Assembly (NCBI GenBank): GCA_002269645.1 | Contig: NIVC01000014.1 | Coordinates: forward strand, 62,001-126,000 | Origin: Macrostomum lignano | Lineage: Eukaryota | Direction of reading: 5' to 3' | Length of the DNA: 64,000 nt | Part shown: piece by piece, positions 12,038 to 24,000 of the stretch | Numbering within the stretch: position 1 is the first letter of the stretch | Layout: each line of letters starts with the position of its first letter | Translations under genes and position numbers: made by a program | The notes under the pieces: generated by a model | Told to the model about the DNA's origin: nothing | Databases searched by the model: none | What the model saw: only the letters and a program-made list of their open reading frames with translations

Positions 12038-15000
12038 TTAAACAAATGCAGAGTTGTCAAACTCGGACAGCTGAGTAGTGACTGAGAACACGGACAGTCT
12101 GTTCTGCTTCTGTATTTGATCGTCATGCGATTTCAACAGGTATTCAAACACCTGGTCCAGTGACAGCTGATAGAATGAGAAGTACTTTAGCTGCAATGGT
12201 TCACGGTTAGTGACCAACCACGACAGAGCCACTGAGAGCCTGGGTATGCTCTCGGAGGGCACTGACAGAGCCACGTTTGTTGTGAACTGCTCAATCACTT
12301 TGGAGCCATGAAAGTGCAGCAAAATAGCCTTGATTGCGCGTTCTTTACGAGCGCGAACAGCCTTTGGTTGTTCGCCCAGATGCGATTGGATCTGAATGTC
12401 CAAGGTGTAGTATTCTCCGTACCTGCGGCGACAGCGGTGGGTTTAAGACAGTTTGAGACTTTGCGAGCTGTCGGCTAGATAGAGATTGACATTAGATCTA
12501 GCAGTCGGCTAGATAGAGACCAACATTAGATCTAGCAGTCATCTGGATAGAGATCAACATTAGATCTAGCAGTCAGATAGATAAAGATCAACATTAGATC
12601 TAGCAGTCAGATAGATAGAGATCAACATTAGATCTAGCAGTCAGCTGGATAGAGATCAACATTAGATCTAGCAGTCAGATAGATAAAGATCAACATTAGA
12701 TCTAGCAGTCAGCTGGATAGAGATCAACATTAGATCTAGCAGTCAGATAGATAAAGATCAACATTAGATCTAGCAGTCAGATAGATAAAGATCAACATTA
12801 GATCTAGCAGTCAGCTAGATAGAGATCAACATTAGATCTAGCAGTCAGCTGGATAGAGATCAACATTAGATCTAGCAGTCAGATAGATAAAGATCAACAT
12901 TAGATCTAGTAGACAGTTAGATAGAGATCAAAATTATATCTAGCAGATAGCTAGATAGAGATCAACATTATATCTAGCAGACAGCTAGATAGAGATCAGC
13001 ACCAGATCTAGCAGTCAGATAGAGATCAACATTATATCTAGTAGACAGATAGATAGAGATTAACATTAGATCTAGCAGACAGCTAGATAGAGATCAACAT
13101 CATATCTAGCAGACAACTAGATAGAGATCAACATTATATCTAGCAGTCAGCTAGATAGAGATCAGCACCAGATCTAGCAGTCAGATAGATAGAGATCAAC
13201 ATTAGATCTAGCAGACAGCTAGATAGAGATCAACATTATATCTAGCAGACAGCTAGATAGAGATCAACATTAGATCTAGCAGACAGCTAGATAGAAATCA
13301 ACACATATTCAATTTAGCTCTGATTTGATGTCGATATCGTTAGGCAACCCGCAGCAGATGACAGATCCCACAGCAATCGGTCCAGATAAAAGAGCCAGCC
13401 AAAAGGCCGATATGGACACTCACAGGCTAACGAGTTGAGCAACCGATCCCAAGCCAACCATTAATCCATGGTTCATAATGCCAACCCGATTGCAGAGTGC
13501 CTCCGCCTCTTCCATGCTGTGCGTCGTGATCACCAGCGCTCGTTTATTGTTAGCCATAGATCTGATGACGCTCCAGATGAACCGTTTGCCCTCCGGGTCG
13601 ACTCCGGTAGAGGCTTCGTCGATGACAACAATAGACGGATTGCCCAGCAGAGCGATGGCCAGGCAGGTGCGTCGTTTGGCGCCTTCGGATAAGCTGGAGA
13701 CGCAGCTGTCTGCCTGCGACTCAAGGTCCAGGCCCTAGCAAGATGGCAATGGCAAGGTGTCAGACCGTCTGCCTGTCTGGGAGCTAGCTCGTAAAAAAAC
13801 TTTGCGAAGGCTATCGAAGGAAACCTAGCAGACTTGCCTAGATGACCCATTAAAAGGGCAAAGTCTTTACTAGAAGACACCTAGCACTCATCCAATGGGC
13901 CCGGTCACACAGCTGAAGACACCTGGAACACTCATCCAATGGGCCTGGTCACACAGCTGAAGACACCTGGCACACTCATCCAATAGGCCTGGTCACACAG
14001 CTGAAGACACCTGGAACACTCATCCAATAGGCCTGGTCACACAGCTGAAGACACCTGGCACACTCATCCAATAGGCCTGGTCACACAGCTGAAGACACCT
14101 GGAACACTCATCCAATAGGCCTGGTCACACAGCTGAAGACACCTGGCACACTCATCCAATAGGCCTGGTCACACAGCTGAAGACACCTGGAACACTCATC
14201 CAATAGGCCTGGTCACACAGCTGAAGACACCTGGCACACTCATCCAATAGGCCTGGTCACACAGCTGAAGACACCTGGCACACTCATCCAATAGGCCTGG
14301 TCACACAGCTGAAGACACCTGGCACACTCATCCAATAGGCCTGGTCACACAGCTGAAGACACCTGGAACACTCATCCAATAGGCCTGGTCACACAGCTGA
14401 AGACACCTGGCACACTCATCCAATAGGCCTGGTCACACAGCTGAAGACACCTGGCACACTCATCCAATGGGCCTGGTCACACAGCTGAAGACACCTGGCA
14501 CACTCATCCAATAGGCCCGGTCACACAGCTGAAGACACCTATAGCACACTCATCCAATAGGCATGGTCACACAGCTGAAGACACCTTTGGCACACTCATC
14601 CAATAGGCATGGTCACACAGCTGAAGACACCTTTGGCACACTCATCCAATAGGCATGGTCACACAGCTGAAGACACCTATAGCACACTCATCCAATAGGC
14701 CCGGTCACACAGCTGAAGACACCTATAGCACACCCATCCAATAGGCCCGGTCACACAGCTGAAGACACCTGGCACACTCATCCAATAGGCCTGGTCACAC
14801 AGCAATTATTGCACAATAGCAACACTCTCGAGGCCGGATTAACCGTGTGTTACTACTTCGTAGACAGAATACGCTGCTGCTATTTCTACTCTGTTTGAGC
14901 TAATGCAGGAAGACAAATCTAAAATTACCTGAAGTAGGGTGCGAACGTCCTTCTCGGCTAGGCCTTCGTGAACTCCAAGGATTTTGGCGTAGAAGAACAG

Positions 15001-18000
15001 ATGCTCGGCCACCGTGATGCAGGGGAACAGGGGGTTGTGCTGCGGACAGTAGCCAATGGCGCCAAGGCGTGCGGCGCTGCAACTTTTCAGCCATTGCTCA
15101 CCGGCACGAATTTCGCATTCACCCCGACTGGGTTTCTGATCGCCAACTATCACGGACATTGTGGTGGTCTTCCCGGCACCGTTCGGACCCAGCAGGCCGA
15201 ATATTTCGCCTCGCGTCACGCCGAAAGTGACGTCGCGAACGGCTTTGACTCGGCCGGGATGATAGGTCTTGCCAATGTGCCGCACCTCCAACAGGTTCGC
15301 CTGATTATGACGGTGCTCCTCGATGCGTTGAATCTCTTCATCGACGCCCGGATCTTCGCCCTGCGGATAGGAGGTCTCGTCGGAGCGCTGGCAGAGGTTC
15401 TGGCAACGGTGTAGCGCCAGGTGACGATTCTCGGATGCCACGAGTAGTATGACGAGCAGGCCGGTGTGACAAACCATGGCAATCAAGCTGTTGTACACGT
15501 GCATGTGCGCAAAGTAGATTGAACTACCTTCCGGAGCAGCTTGTTCGCCATCAATCCAATAGTAGGCATTGGTGAAGTAGTACACTTTAGTGCCGTAGAA
15601 AGTCAAGGCTACAGAAGCGAATGGCGGCAGCAGGTAGATCATTATCATGCCGGCGACGCTGTTGAGCTGGACAGCTAGCAGTGACGCACTGACGCATAGG
15701 GAGAAGAATAGACAGCTGATCCTAGCAAACTGCTGAATGTTCGACAGGAATGAGCTGACAATGTATGAGAATAGTAGATTGTTTGTCAGGCCAAAAAATA
15801 GAGTCGGAATGAAGACGCCAGTCGTGTAGAACAGGTTTAGAAAGTTGTGCGGAAGAATGCTGACTAACAGGATGACACTGACAATATAAATAATGGCGTA
15901 CTGAATCCAATGCACCACAAAGGTGGTTGCCCAATAATGAGCCGAAGAGACACCAATGGAACTCAGTTGCGAACGAACGCAAGCCTCTTTGTCTTCGACG
16001 GTGTCTTCCATGAAAGTGGCCGGCAGCACGGACAAGATTATGATCTGAACAAAAGCTCCAAATAGAGGCAAAAAAGTTTTCTTGAAATCATCCACGGCTT
16101 CAACGCGTATTTGAGCTTTACTGCCTCCGCTGCTGCCAGCAAAGTAGTTCATGACGCTTGAGTAGGCACTCATGATGGTGGCCGCTATAACGGTGCTGTT
16201 ATAGATGGGTGATACACTGTACAGGCCAATGCTTGCCTCGCGCTTTGCATTTGGTACCGACGTGCTCCAGACATCCGTGTGAAACACTGGGCACACCTTC
16301 TCTTCTGTTGAGCCGTCGCAATATTGCTTCATCATATCGATGACGTCATCCTGTTCTAGAAAACCGTCGATGCCAGTCACCTGAACTTTGGACAGCACCT
16401 TGAATCCCGAGCTAGACTTGGCGTTGAATAATTTTGCGCAGTCATCAGCCGTCGGCTCCTTTTTGTTTCTGCAATTGAAATTCGACCTCTAGGTATAGTT
16501 GGGCAAGACATCGATCGTAATTTTGACGCCTTTTAAGAGACTATATAGGGAACGTTTTAGGCACTGCCGCTGCAATCAAGACTATAGTTGACCCACAGTC
16601 AGCAAGGAGAGGCAGTCTTGCACATGCACACGGATGCGTACCACAGGCATAATTGCAACCCCCAAAGAGCCTAACAAGCTGACAGACTAACAGGTATTAG
16701 TTTCGAACAGTTTCGCAACCTTCTTTTGGTCGACGTCTTTCAGGCGAATCAAAATGTCAGTTAGAGTTGGTTGGGCCAAGCCGTAGGCTGCTGTGAAGTC
16801 TCATCGACAGAGGGGGCACACTCTCGGGGGTGGACCGCGTGACAAGCGCCAAACTAACATGACTGTGCGATGGTCAGAGGTGTTACCACTGAGCTATCCC
16901 GCCCCGTGACTGTACTATTAAGTAAAATGATCTGGGTAGCGATCTATTTCTTTTAAAACTTGGATTTCTACGTCTTGAAAGTGTGTCGCCCGTCACCCTT
17001 GGGATACTCACTTAGAGCTCGGTGAGTCGAACACGCACACGCCTTTGTTGAACTGCATGTTTCGGTAGTGCAGCACCCGTCGGCTCTGCTGATTCCGATC
17101 GCGCGTGACGCTCTCGACTATAGCGGCAGCGGCCACACAGACCAGCAGCAGGACGGGCACTATCAGGCGAAGGCAGAGCTTTGCTCTCGTGCGATAGATT
17201 CGACGTACATTAATAGTTAGTATGGCGTTGAACCGTTTAGTAACAGACGGCGCTAGAACTCTTGCTTCCAGAGTGTCCAGCGCGTTTCCTTTCGGCTGGT
17301 TGACAATACTGCTGAGACTCTCAGCTTGATTAGTTTCGCTGGCCAACAGGCTAACAGTTTTAGTTTCGAACAGTTTCAAAATCTGTTTCGGATCGAAGTC
17401 TTTCAGTCGGATAAAAATGTCTGCCAGAGTTGGTTGGGCCAATCCGTAAGCTGCTATCAAGTCGACTCGCTTTTCTAAAAACGCGGCAAATGTTGGCAAC
17501 AATTCGAGCTCGTTAGCGGACACCTGCAGCTCCAGATTATTTCGAAATTGTTTCTTCAAACGAATCGTGCGAAACTCGTCGGCGATGCGCTTCAATAACG
17601 TCGGGATCAGCTCCGGCGACTTGACGGACACCTCGAATATGAATCCGCTGTCGAATACGTTTTTTAGAAATAGCGACGAGCCACAGCAAATGATCGAGCC
17701 GGCTGATAGCAGAATCTTACGATCTGCTAAGGTGTCCGCCTCGTCCATGAACTGAGTGCTGAGTAGGATGGCGCATCCGTGTTTCCGTTCCTGCAGCAGT
17801 TTCCAAATCCGACGCCTAGAAACTGGATCAACACCGTTTGTCGGCTCGTCCAAGATGACAACTCTGGGATTGCCGAGCAGAGCCAGCGCTATGCTCAGCT
17901 TTCGTTTCTGTCCGCCACTCAGCGTCCCTACGGAGCTCATCAGCTTGACTCGCAGCCTCAGCAGTTCGAGTATATCGTCGAGCTCTTCAGTCTCCTGATC

Positions 18001-21000
18001 CGGGTACATGCCGCAGCTAATCAAAGTGAGATCGATAGTTTGCCGCACTGTCAAACTATTGCTAAGGCAGTTCCGCTGCGAACAGATGCCAAGCTGGCCG
18101 CGAAGACGCAGCGGAGTCACCGAGCTGTCCGTGTGCCAGCCGTCGATGCACACCCAGCCGCTGGTTGGCCGTTCTTCGCCGGAAATGATCTTCAATAGGG
18201 TGGACTTGCCGGCACCGTTGTGCCCGATGATTGCCGTGATCTGGCTCTCGTAGATTGTCACTGCAGAAGAGGGTGTGTTACGAGCTAATGTGAATTTTAA
18301 AGTTACTTAGAGCAAAATTGTCTTAGTGTCTGTCTTACTGTCAGCAGAAACTTGGAAGTACATTTGGTACTTCAACTTGAGTTTTTAGCAGTTTCTACAT
18401 CCAGATGTATCTGGATTCCGATTGGCTATTTTACAATAAAAGTACAAAGCAGGACAATCAGGCAGTGCAGCCTGGCCCTTCCCATTCTCTGCTCCGGCTG
18501 GAAAAACGCGCTAATGTTTTTACCAACATCCCGCGCCGTCATGGTAACTTTTTTAGACCAGGGACTACTTACAATTGCGCCTGGATTGGTCGCTGTCCAA
18601 TTTGTCTTTCTACTTTACAATTGCAAAACCAAAACGGGTTTCTAATCCAGACGCCTATATAATGTAATCCCTGATTAGACAAACGGTCGCTCCCGGAACT
18701 GTTTATACAATAAATAGGAAATTATGTGCCTAATAAAATATAGGGACTCTGAGGTACCCACCCTAACTTACTGACTGCCCTGAGAGCTGTGCAGTGGGCA
18801 AAGTTTACACAATACCTTCGAGCCTAAAATGTATTGACATTGCTGCATTGAACCAATTAGTTAAACAGAAATAGAGGGCAAAATATGCTTATTTTAAGCT
18901 TTCAGTAAGTCCAATTGCAGTCTACGTAAGCTGTTCGTCGCACTGTTCCACCGGCTAGCTTAGTCTAGCTAATAAATCACTCCGCGTTGAGCAGTGGTGT
19001 GTGCATTGTTCCGGCACTCAATTAGCCAGAGTAGCCTCAGTAAGGATAAAAGCAAACAGCGCAGAAGAGAAACTTCAGCGAAAGAATAGAGCAAAAATAG
19101 TTGCTAAGGTATATTTTTCCTACCAAAAAAAACTGCCAAATAATGCTGCAACTCAAGGAGGCGATGGCGTCCACAACGTCGCACGGACTGCCAAGAATGG
19201 TTAGCAACAAACCATTGACTGTCCGACTGGCCTGGCTGTCCGTGTTCCTCGCCATGGCGGGATTGTTTCTCAAAGGATTCTACGATTTAGTCGTCAAGTT
19301 GCAGGCTAGGCAAATCACCAGCAGCCTCGAGGGCAACAGTTTGAACTTCCGGTTCCCGGACGTGTACGCCTGCTACGAGAACCCGATCTCCGGCAGTTAC
19401 TCAGCCAACGTTGGAGCAGCCGAAGCCGCCCAGATCAACAATCTGTTGAATGCATCGCGACTGATCATGCAACGCGAACTGGCAACCATTGGCATCACCG
19501 GTCGCGCCGCTGAAATCTTTGAGATGGACTTCTCGATGGCCTATCCGCAGTCGCTGCCCTACCGGCTGTTGGTTGACGCGCTGGCGCACCGGAACGAGCA
19601 GAACATCATCACTAGCGACGTGACGTACAATACGGACTACGGCATGCCCGAGTATAGACCTATCGAAGCGGAGACCTTCTACCATCCGATGTACCTGCGC
19701 TGTTTAAAGTGGGCTCTAAACAGCACATGGCAGAGTAAAATAGTGCAAACTGGTTCTTCATCTGGTATTGTAGTCACGCTGGTGACAGATTCGGCCTTCA
19801 ATGGTCTGGCAACCAGCGGCAATGACATCCTGCAGACGGTGTTCGCCAGGCGGACTCAAATCCCTGTGTCGGATTGGTCGCTCAACGTTGCGGACTACAA
19901 TGGGCCGGACCGGCGGGCTGGGGTTCGAGTCTTCCTCACTCCACCAGGCGAATATCCGTCCGATTTTGTCAGCTCGTTCTCGCTTGGACCTGGCAAGTTT
20001 CACACTGTCGAGATCGACATGACCCAGCAGGTGTACAAGAGTGGTCAGTTTAACTGTCTGGATGAGGTGCCCAGCGTTCAGTACGTGAACACGTACGACC
20101 AGACTCCTTACAATCACTCATACAGCTACTCCTACTGCTTCTATTACGAGTTTCACAAGCAGACGCAGGACTTGGTCAACATGTCCGGCAATGTCGGTCC
20201 GCTGCCGTGGCCTCTGAGAGGAAAAAAGTTCGTCATGAATCTCACCGGAGATTCAACTTTCTTTGTATTCTTTCGCGACCAACTGTTAGTAAACAAAAGC
20301 AGCCAGTTTGACCGGCTCACAAAGTCTGCTTGTCAGTCCAAACGGCCGTGCAGTACTTTGGAATACTCGGTTAGCGTCTCCGGTTCCGACTGGCCCACCC
20401 AGAGCTCCATGGCTCCGTTCATCCGCAGCAGCATCGCGCAGGCCTGGCAACAGGCCCGCAGCAGGAACCAAAGCGTACCTGCACTGGACCTGCTAGTGTC
20501 TGCAAACCAATCAACAGCCGCGGAGTACATTCGCAACAATGTGATCAAGATACACTTCAAGCCGCGTCGAATATTGTGCGATCGGTTGAATTTCTCTATA
20601 GACTACGGAGTGCAAGAGTTCATCTCGGATATTGGCGGCATCATGGGTATCTACTTGGGAATGTCGCTATTGACATTGTGCGAAATATTCGAACTAGTAT
20701 TCGATATTGCCTCGTTCGGCAGGACCAAAGCCAGGGCGTCAATAACGAGCAAGCAGGAGCGAGATACGGAAAAGACTCCACGGACAAAGCAAATAAACGT
20801 TCAGGAGTTCAAATCGGACCCTTTGAAAGAAAATCCATCCCAGAATGTCAGTGTTTTCAGCATTTCAAGCATGTAGCATCAATAGCCTTTGTAGAAACTG
20901 TTACAATTATGCCAACTGGTGTTGCCTAAAATATGTATTTTGCTGATGAACTACAAATATGTGTACGTCATTCGATTACATACGCTTGTTGTTTGTAAAT

Positions 21001-24000
21001 TTCAAACAAATGGTACATGAACCCATTGTTAATTCATTAATTTGTTGACATTTACCTGAATTGATTTAAATTTATAGAATAGATTAATCTGGAAATTTTA
21101 GGATACTAATAAATTTTTACATTAGTAAGAGTTCCTCGTAGCTACTAACCTAATTGAGAGGAACAACTATTTCGCCACCGACGGGGGGGGGCAGGGGAAC
21201 ATGTTCCCCAGTAAAATTTATCGGGGGGACATGCCAATGCTTTGTCCCCCTCAGCACCACCTTTGTTGACCTGTTACGAAAATCAATCATTTTGTTTCAG
21301 GGCGACAAAACATAGCGCCTGCGGCAACAAAATGACGCCTGCGGCGCTAAAATGAGTGCCTGCTGCGGCGCTAAAATGAGTGCCTGCTGCGGCGCTAAAA
21401 TGAGTGCCTGCTGCGGCGCTAAAATGAGTGCCTGCTGCGGCGCTAAAATGAGTGCCTGCTGCGGCGCTAAAATGAGTGCCTGCTGCGGCGCTAAAATGAG
21501 TGCCTGCTGCGGCGCTAAAATGAGTGCCTGCTGCGGCGCTAAAATGAGTACCTGCTGCGGCGCTAAAATGAGTGCCTTTTTATTAGAGGCAGGGGGGTTG
21601 TGTGCACCCTGGCGCAATTTAAGCGTCATTGGCACACAAACCGGCGAGAGGCATTACTGCCCATTCCGCCGACTCCCCTGAGCAGGCATACAAGCGCGCG
21701 GATACGTTACGCAGGCACACACTCACACAGGAGTGTACAGCGGCCCTAACTTTATTTATTGTTAGGCATGTACACTTCACTGCGCCTTGGGGGGTTGGCT
21801 CTCAAGGCCGTTAATTGCACAAGCGAGCCAAGCCGAAATTCCAATTCAGCCCCAAATTAATGTGGCTGCACTTGGAATCGAGCCTGGGTCACGGCACACC
21901 AGAGCAGCTGCGCTACCGCTGGGCTACAGCCCCCCTAAAAAAAAATAGCGCCTGCGGCAACAAAATGGGGCCTGCGGCGCTAAAATGAGTGCCTGCTGCG
22001 GCGCTAAAATGAGTGCCTGCTGCGGCGCTAAAATGAGTGCCTGCTGCGGCGCTAAAATGAGTGCCTGCTGCGGCGCTAAAATGAGTGCCTGCTGCGGCGC
22101 TAAAATGAGTGCCTGCTGCGGCGCTAAAAAGAGTGCCTGCTGCGGCGCTAAAATGAGTGCCTGCTGCGGCGCTAAAATGAGTGCCTGCTGCGGCGCTAAA
22201 ATGAGTACCTGCTGCGGCGCTAAAATGAGTGCCTGCTGCGGCGCTAAAATGAGTACCTGCTGCGGCGCTAAAATGAGTGCCTGCTGCGGCGCTAAAATGA
22301 GTGCCTGCTGCGGCGCTAAAATGAGTGCCTGCTGCGGCGCTAAAAAGAGTGCCTGCTGCGGTGCCAAAATGAGTGCCTGCGGCGCCAAAATGATTGCTGA
22401 CAACACCGATTTTGAAAATAAGATACATGTAGGAATTTAGTCATGTACAATTCTTGGCTTTGTCCCCCACCATAAAATCCATGGCGACGCCCCTGGTAAC
22501 AATAAAAGTTTTCGCACTAGCTTATTTATACTGAGGTTCTATTGGTTATCATAAGTAAGTCGAACTCTACTGCGTTCTCTATATCGGGCGCTCTCCCAGA
22601 GGGGGGTTGAATTGCTAGTCCAATTTACTAATTATTTCCCTTTAGCCACTGAAGCGTACAAACTCGTATTACCGGAAATATTGTCGAGTATCAGGTTTCT
22701 CTCCTCGTTCTCTCGATGATTTATACCGTAGCAACCAGTTGGTAGCGATTTAGACATGTTAGACATTGTGACCACAGGCCTCAGGTCTTCCTTAATTGGC
22801 TCAATATTGGCTAGTGGAGTTGTCAACTCCGGCACTTCGCCCAAAGATCCGTCGGTTTTTGAACGACACCAGAAATCGGATTGGAAGATGTAACCGGCTG
22901 ACAGGCACAGGCCGTTGCCCGAGGCCAGCACGAAGTCCAAGTAGAGTGCCAGGCAGATGTAGCAGATCGTGTGAATGGCTGGCGAGGCGAATGCCAGCGT
23001 GGCATACCCAGCTGGAGGCACCTTGCTGGAGTCTGTGAGCAGGATGGTCTGAAGTGCGGAGCGGGGAATGATGCTTGTGATATTCTGCTTCTGAGTTGTC
23101 TGTAAGTGCATTTGTGTGAATGCCTTAGTGCCTGTCTTAGTGCCTGTCTTAGTGCCTGTCTTAGTGCCTGTCTTAGTGCCTGTCTTAGTGCCTGTCTTAG
23201 TGCCTGTCTTAGTGCCTGTCTTAGTGCCTGTCTTAGTGCCTGTCTTAGTGCCTGTCTTAGTGCCTGTCTTAGTGCCTGTCTTAGTGTCTGTCTTAGTGCC
23301 TGTCTTAGTGCCTGTCTTAGTGCCTGTCTTAGTGCCTGTCTTAGTGCCTGTCTTAGTATCAGTCTTAGTGTCTGTCTTAGTGCCTGTCTTAGTGCCTGTC
23401 TTAGTGCCTGTCTTAGTGCCTGTCTTAGTGCCTGTCTTAGTGCCTGTCTTAGTGCCTGTCTTAGTGCCTGTCTTAGTGCCTGTCTTAGTGCCTGTCTTAG
23501 TGCCTGTCTTAGTGCCTGTCTTAGTGCCTGTATTAGTGCCTGTCTTAGTGTCTGTCTTAGTGCCTGTCTTAGTGCCTGTCTTAGTGTCAGTCTTAGTGTC
23601 TGTCTTAGTGCCTGTCTTAGTGTCAGTCTTAGTGTCTGTCTTAGTGCCTGTCTTAGTGTCAGTCTTAGTGTCTGTCTTAGTGCCTGTCTTAGTGCCTGTC
23701 TTAGTGCCTGTCTTAGTGTCAGTCTTAGTGTCTGTCTTAGTGCCTGTCTTAGTGCCTGTCTTAGTGTCTATCTTAGTGCCTGTCTTAGTGCCTGTCTTAG
23801 TGCCTGTATTAGTGCCTGTCTTAGTGCCTGTCTTAGTGCCTGTATTAGTGCCTGTCTTAGTGCCTGTCTTAGTGCCTGTCTTAGTACCCGTCTTAGTGCC
23901 TGTCTTAGTGTCAGTCTTAGTGCCTGTCTGAGTGCCTGTCTGAGTGCCTGTCTTAGTGCCTGTCTTAGTGTCAGTCTTAGTGTCTGTCTTAGTGCCTGTC

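Noticed and set aside
16805-16910. Functional tRNA gene
   Set aside because: It has an A-box only, with no intact T-arm or acceptor stem. The same applies to the SINE heads.
18400-18665. CCAAT boxes plus TATA as the promoter of the nested ENaC gene
   Set aside because: The segment is bounded by tctggatt/aatccaga inverted ends and may be a MITE; there is no TSS evidence.
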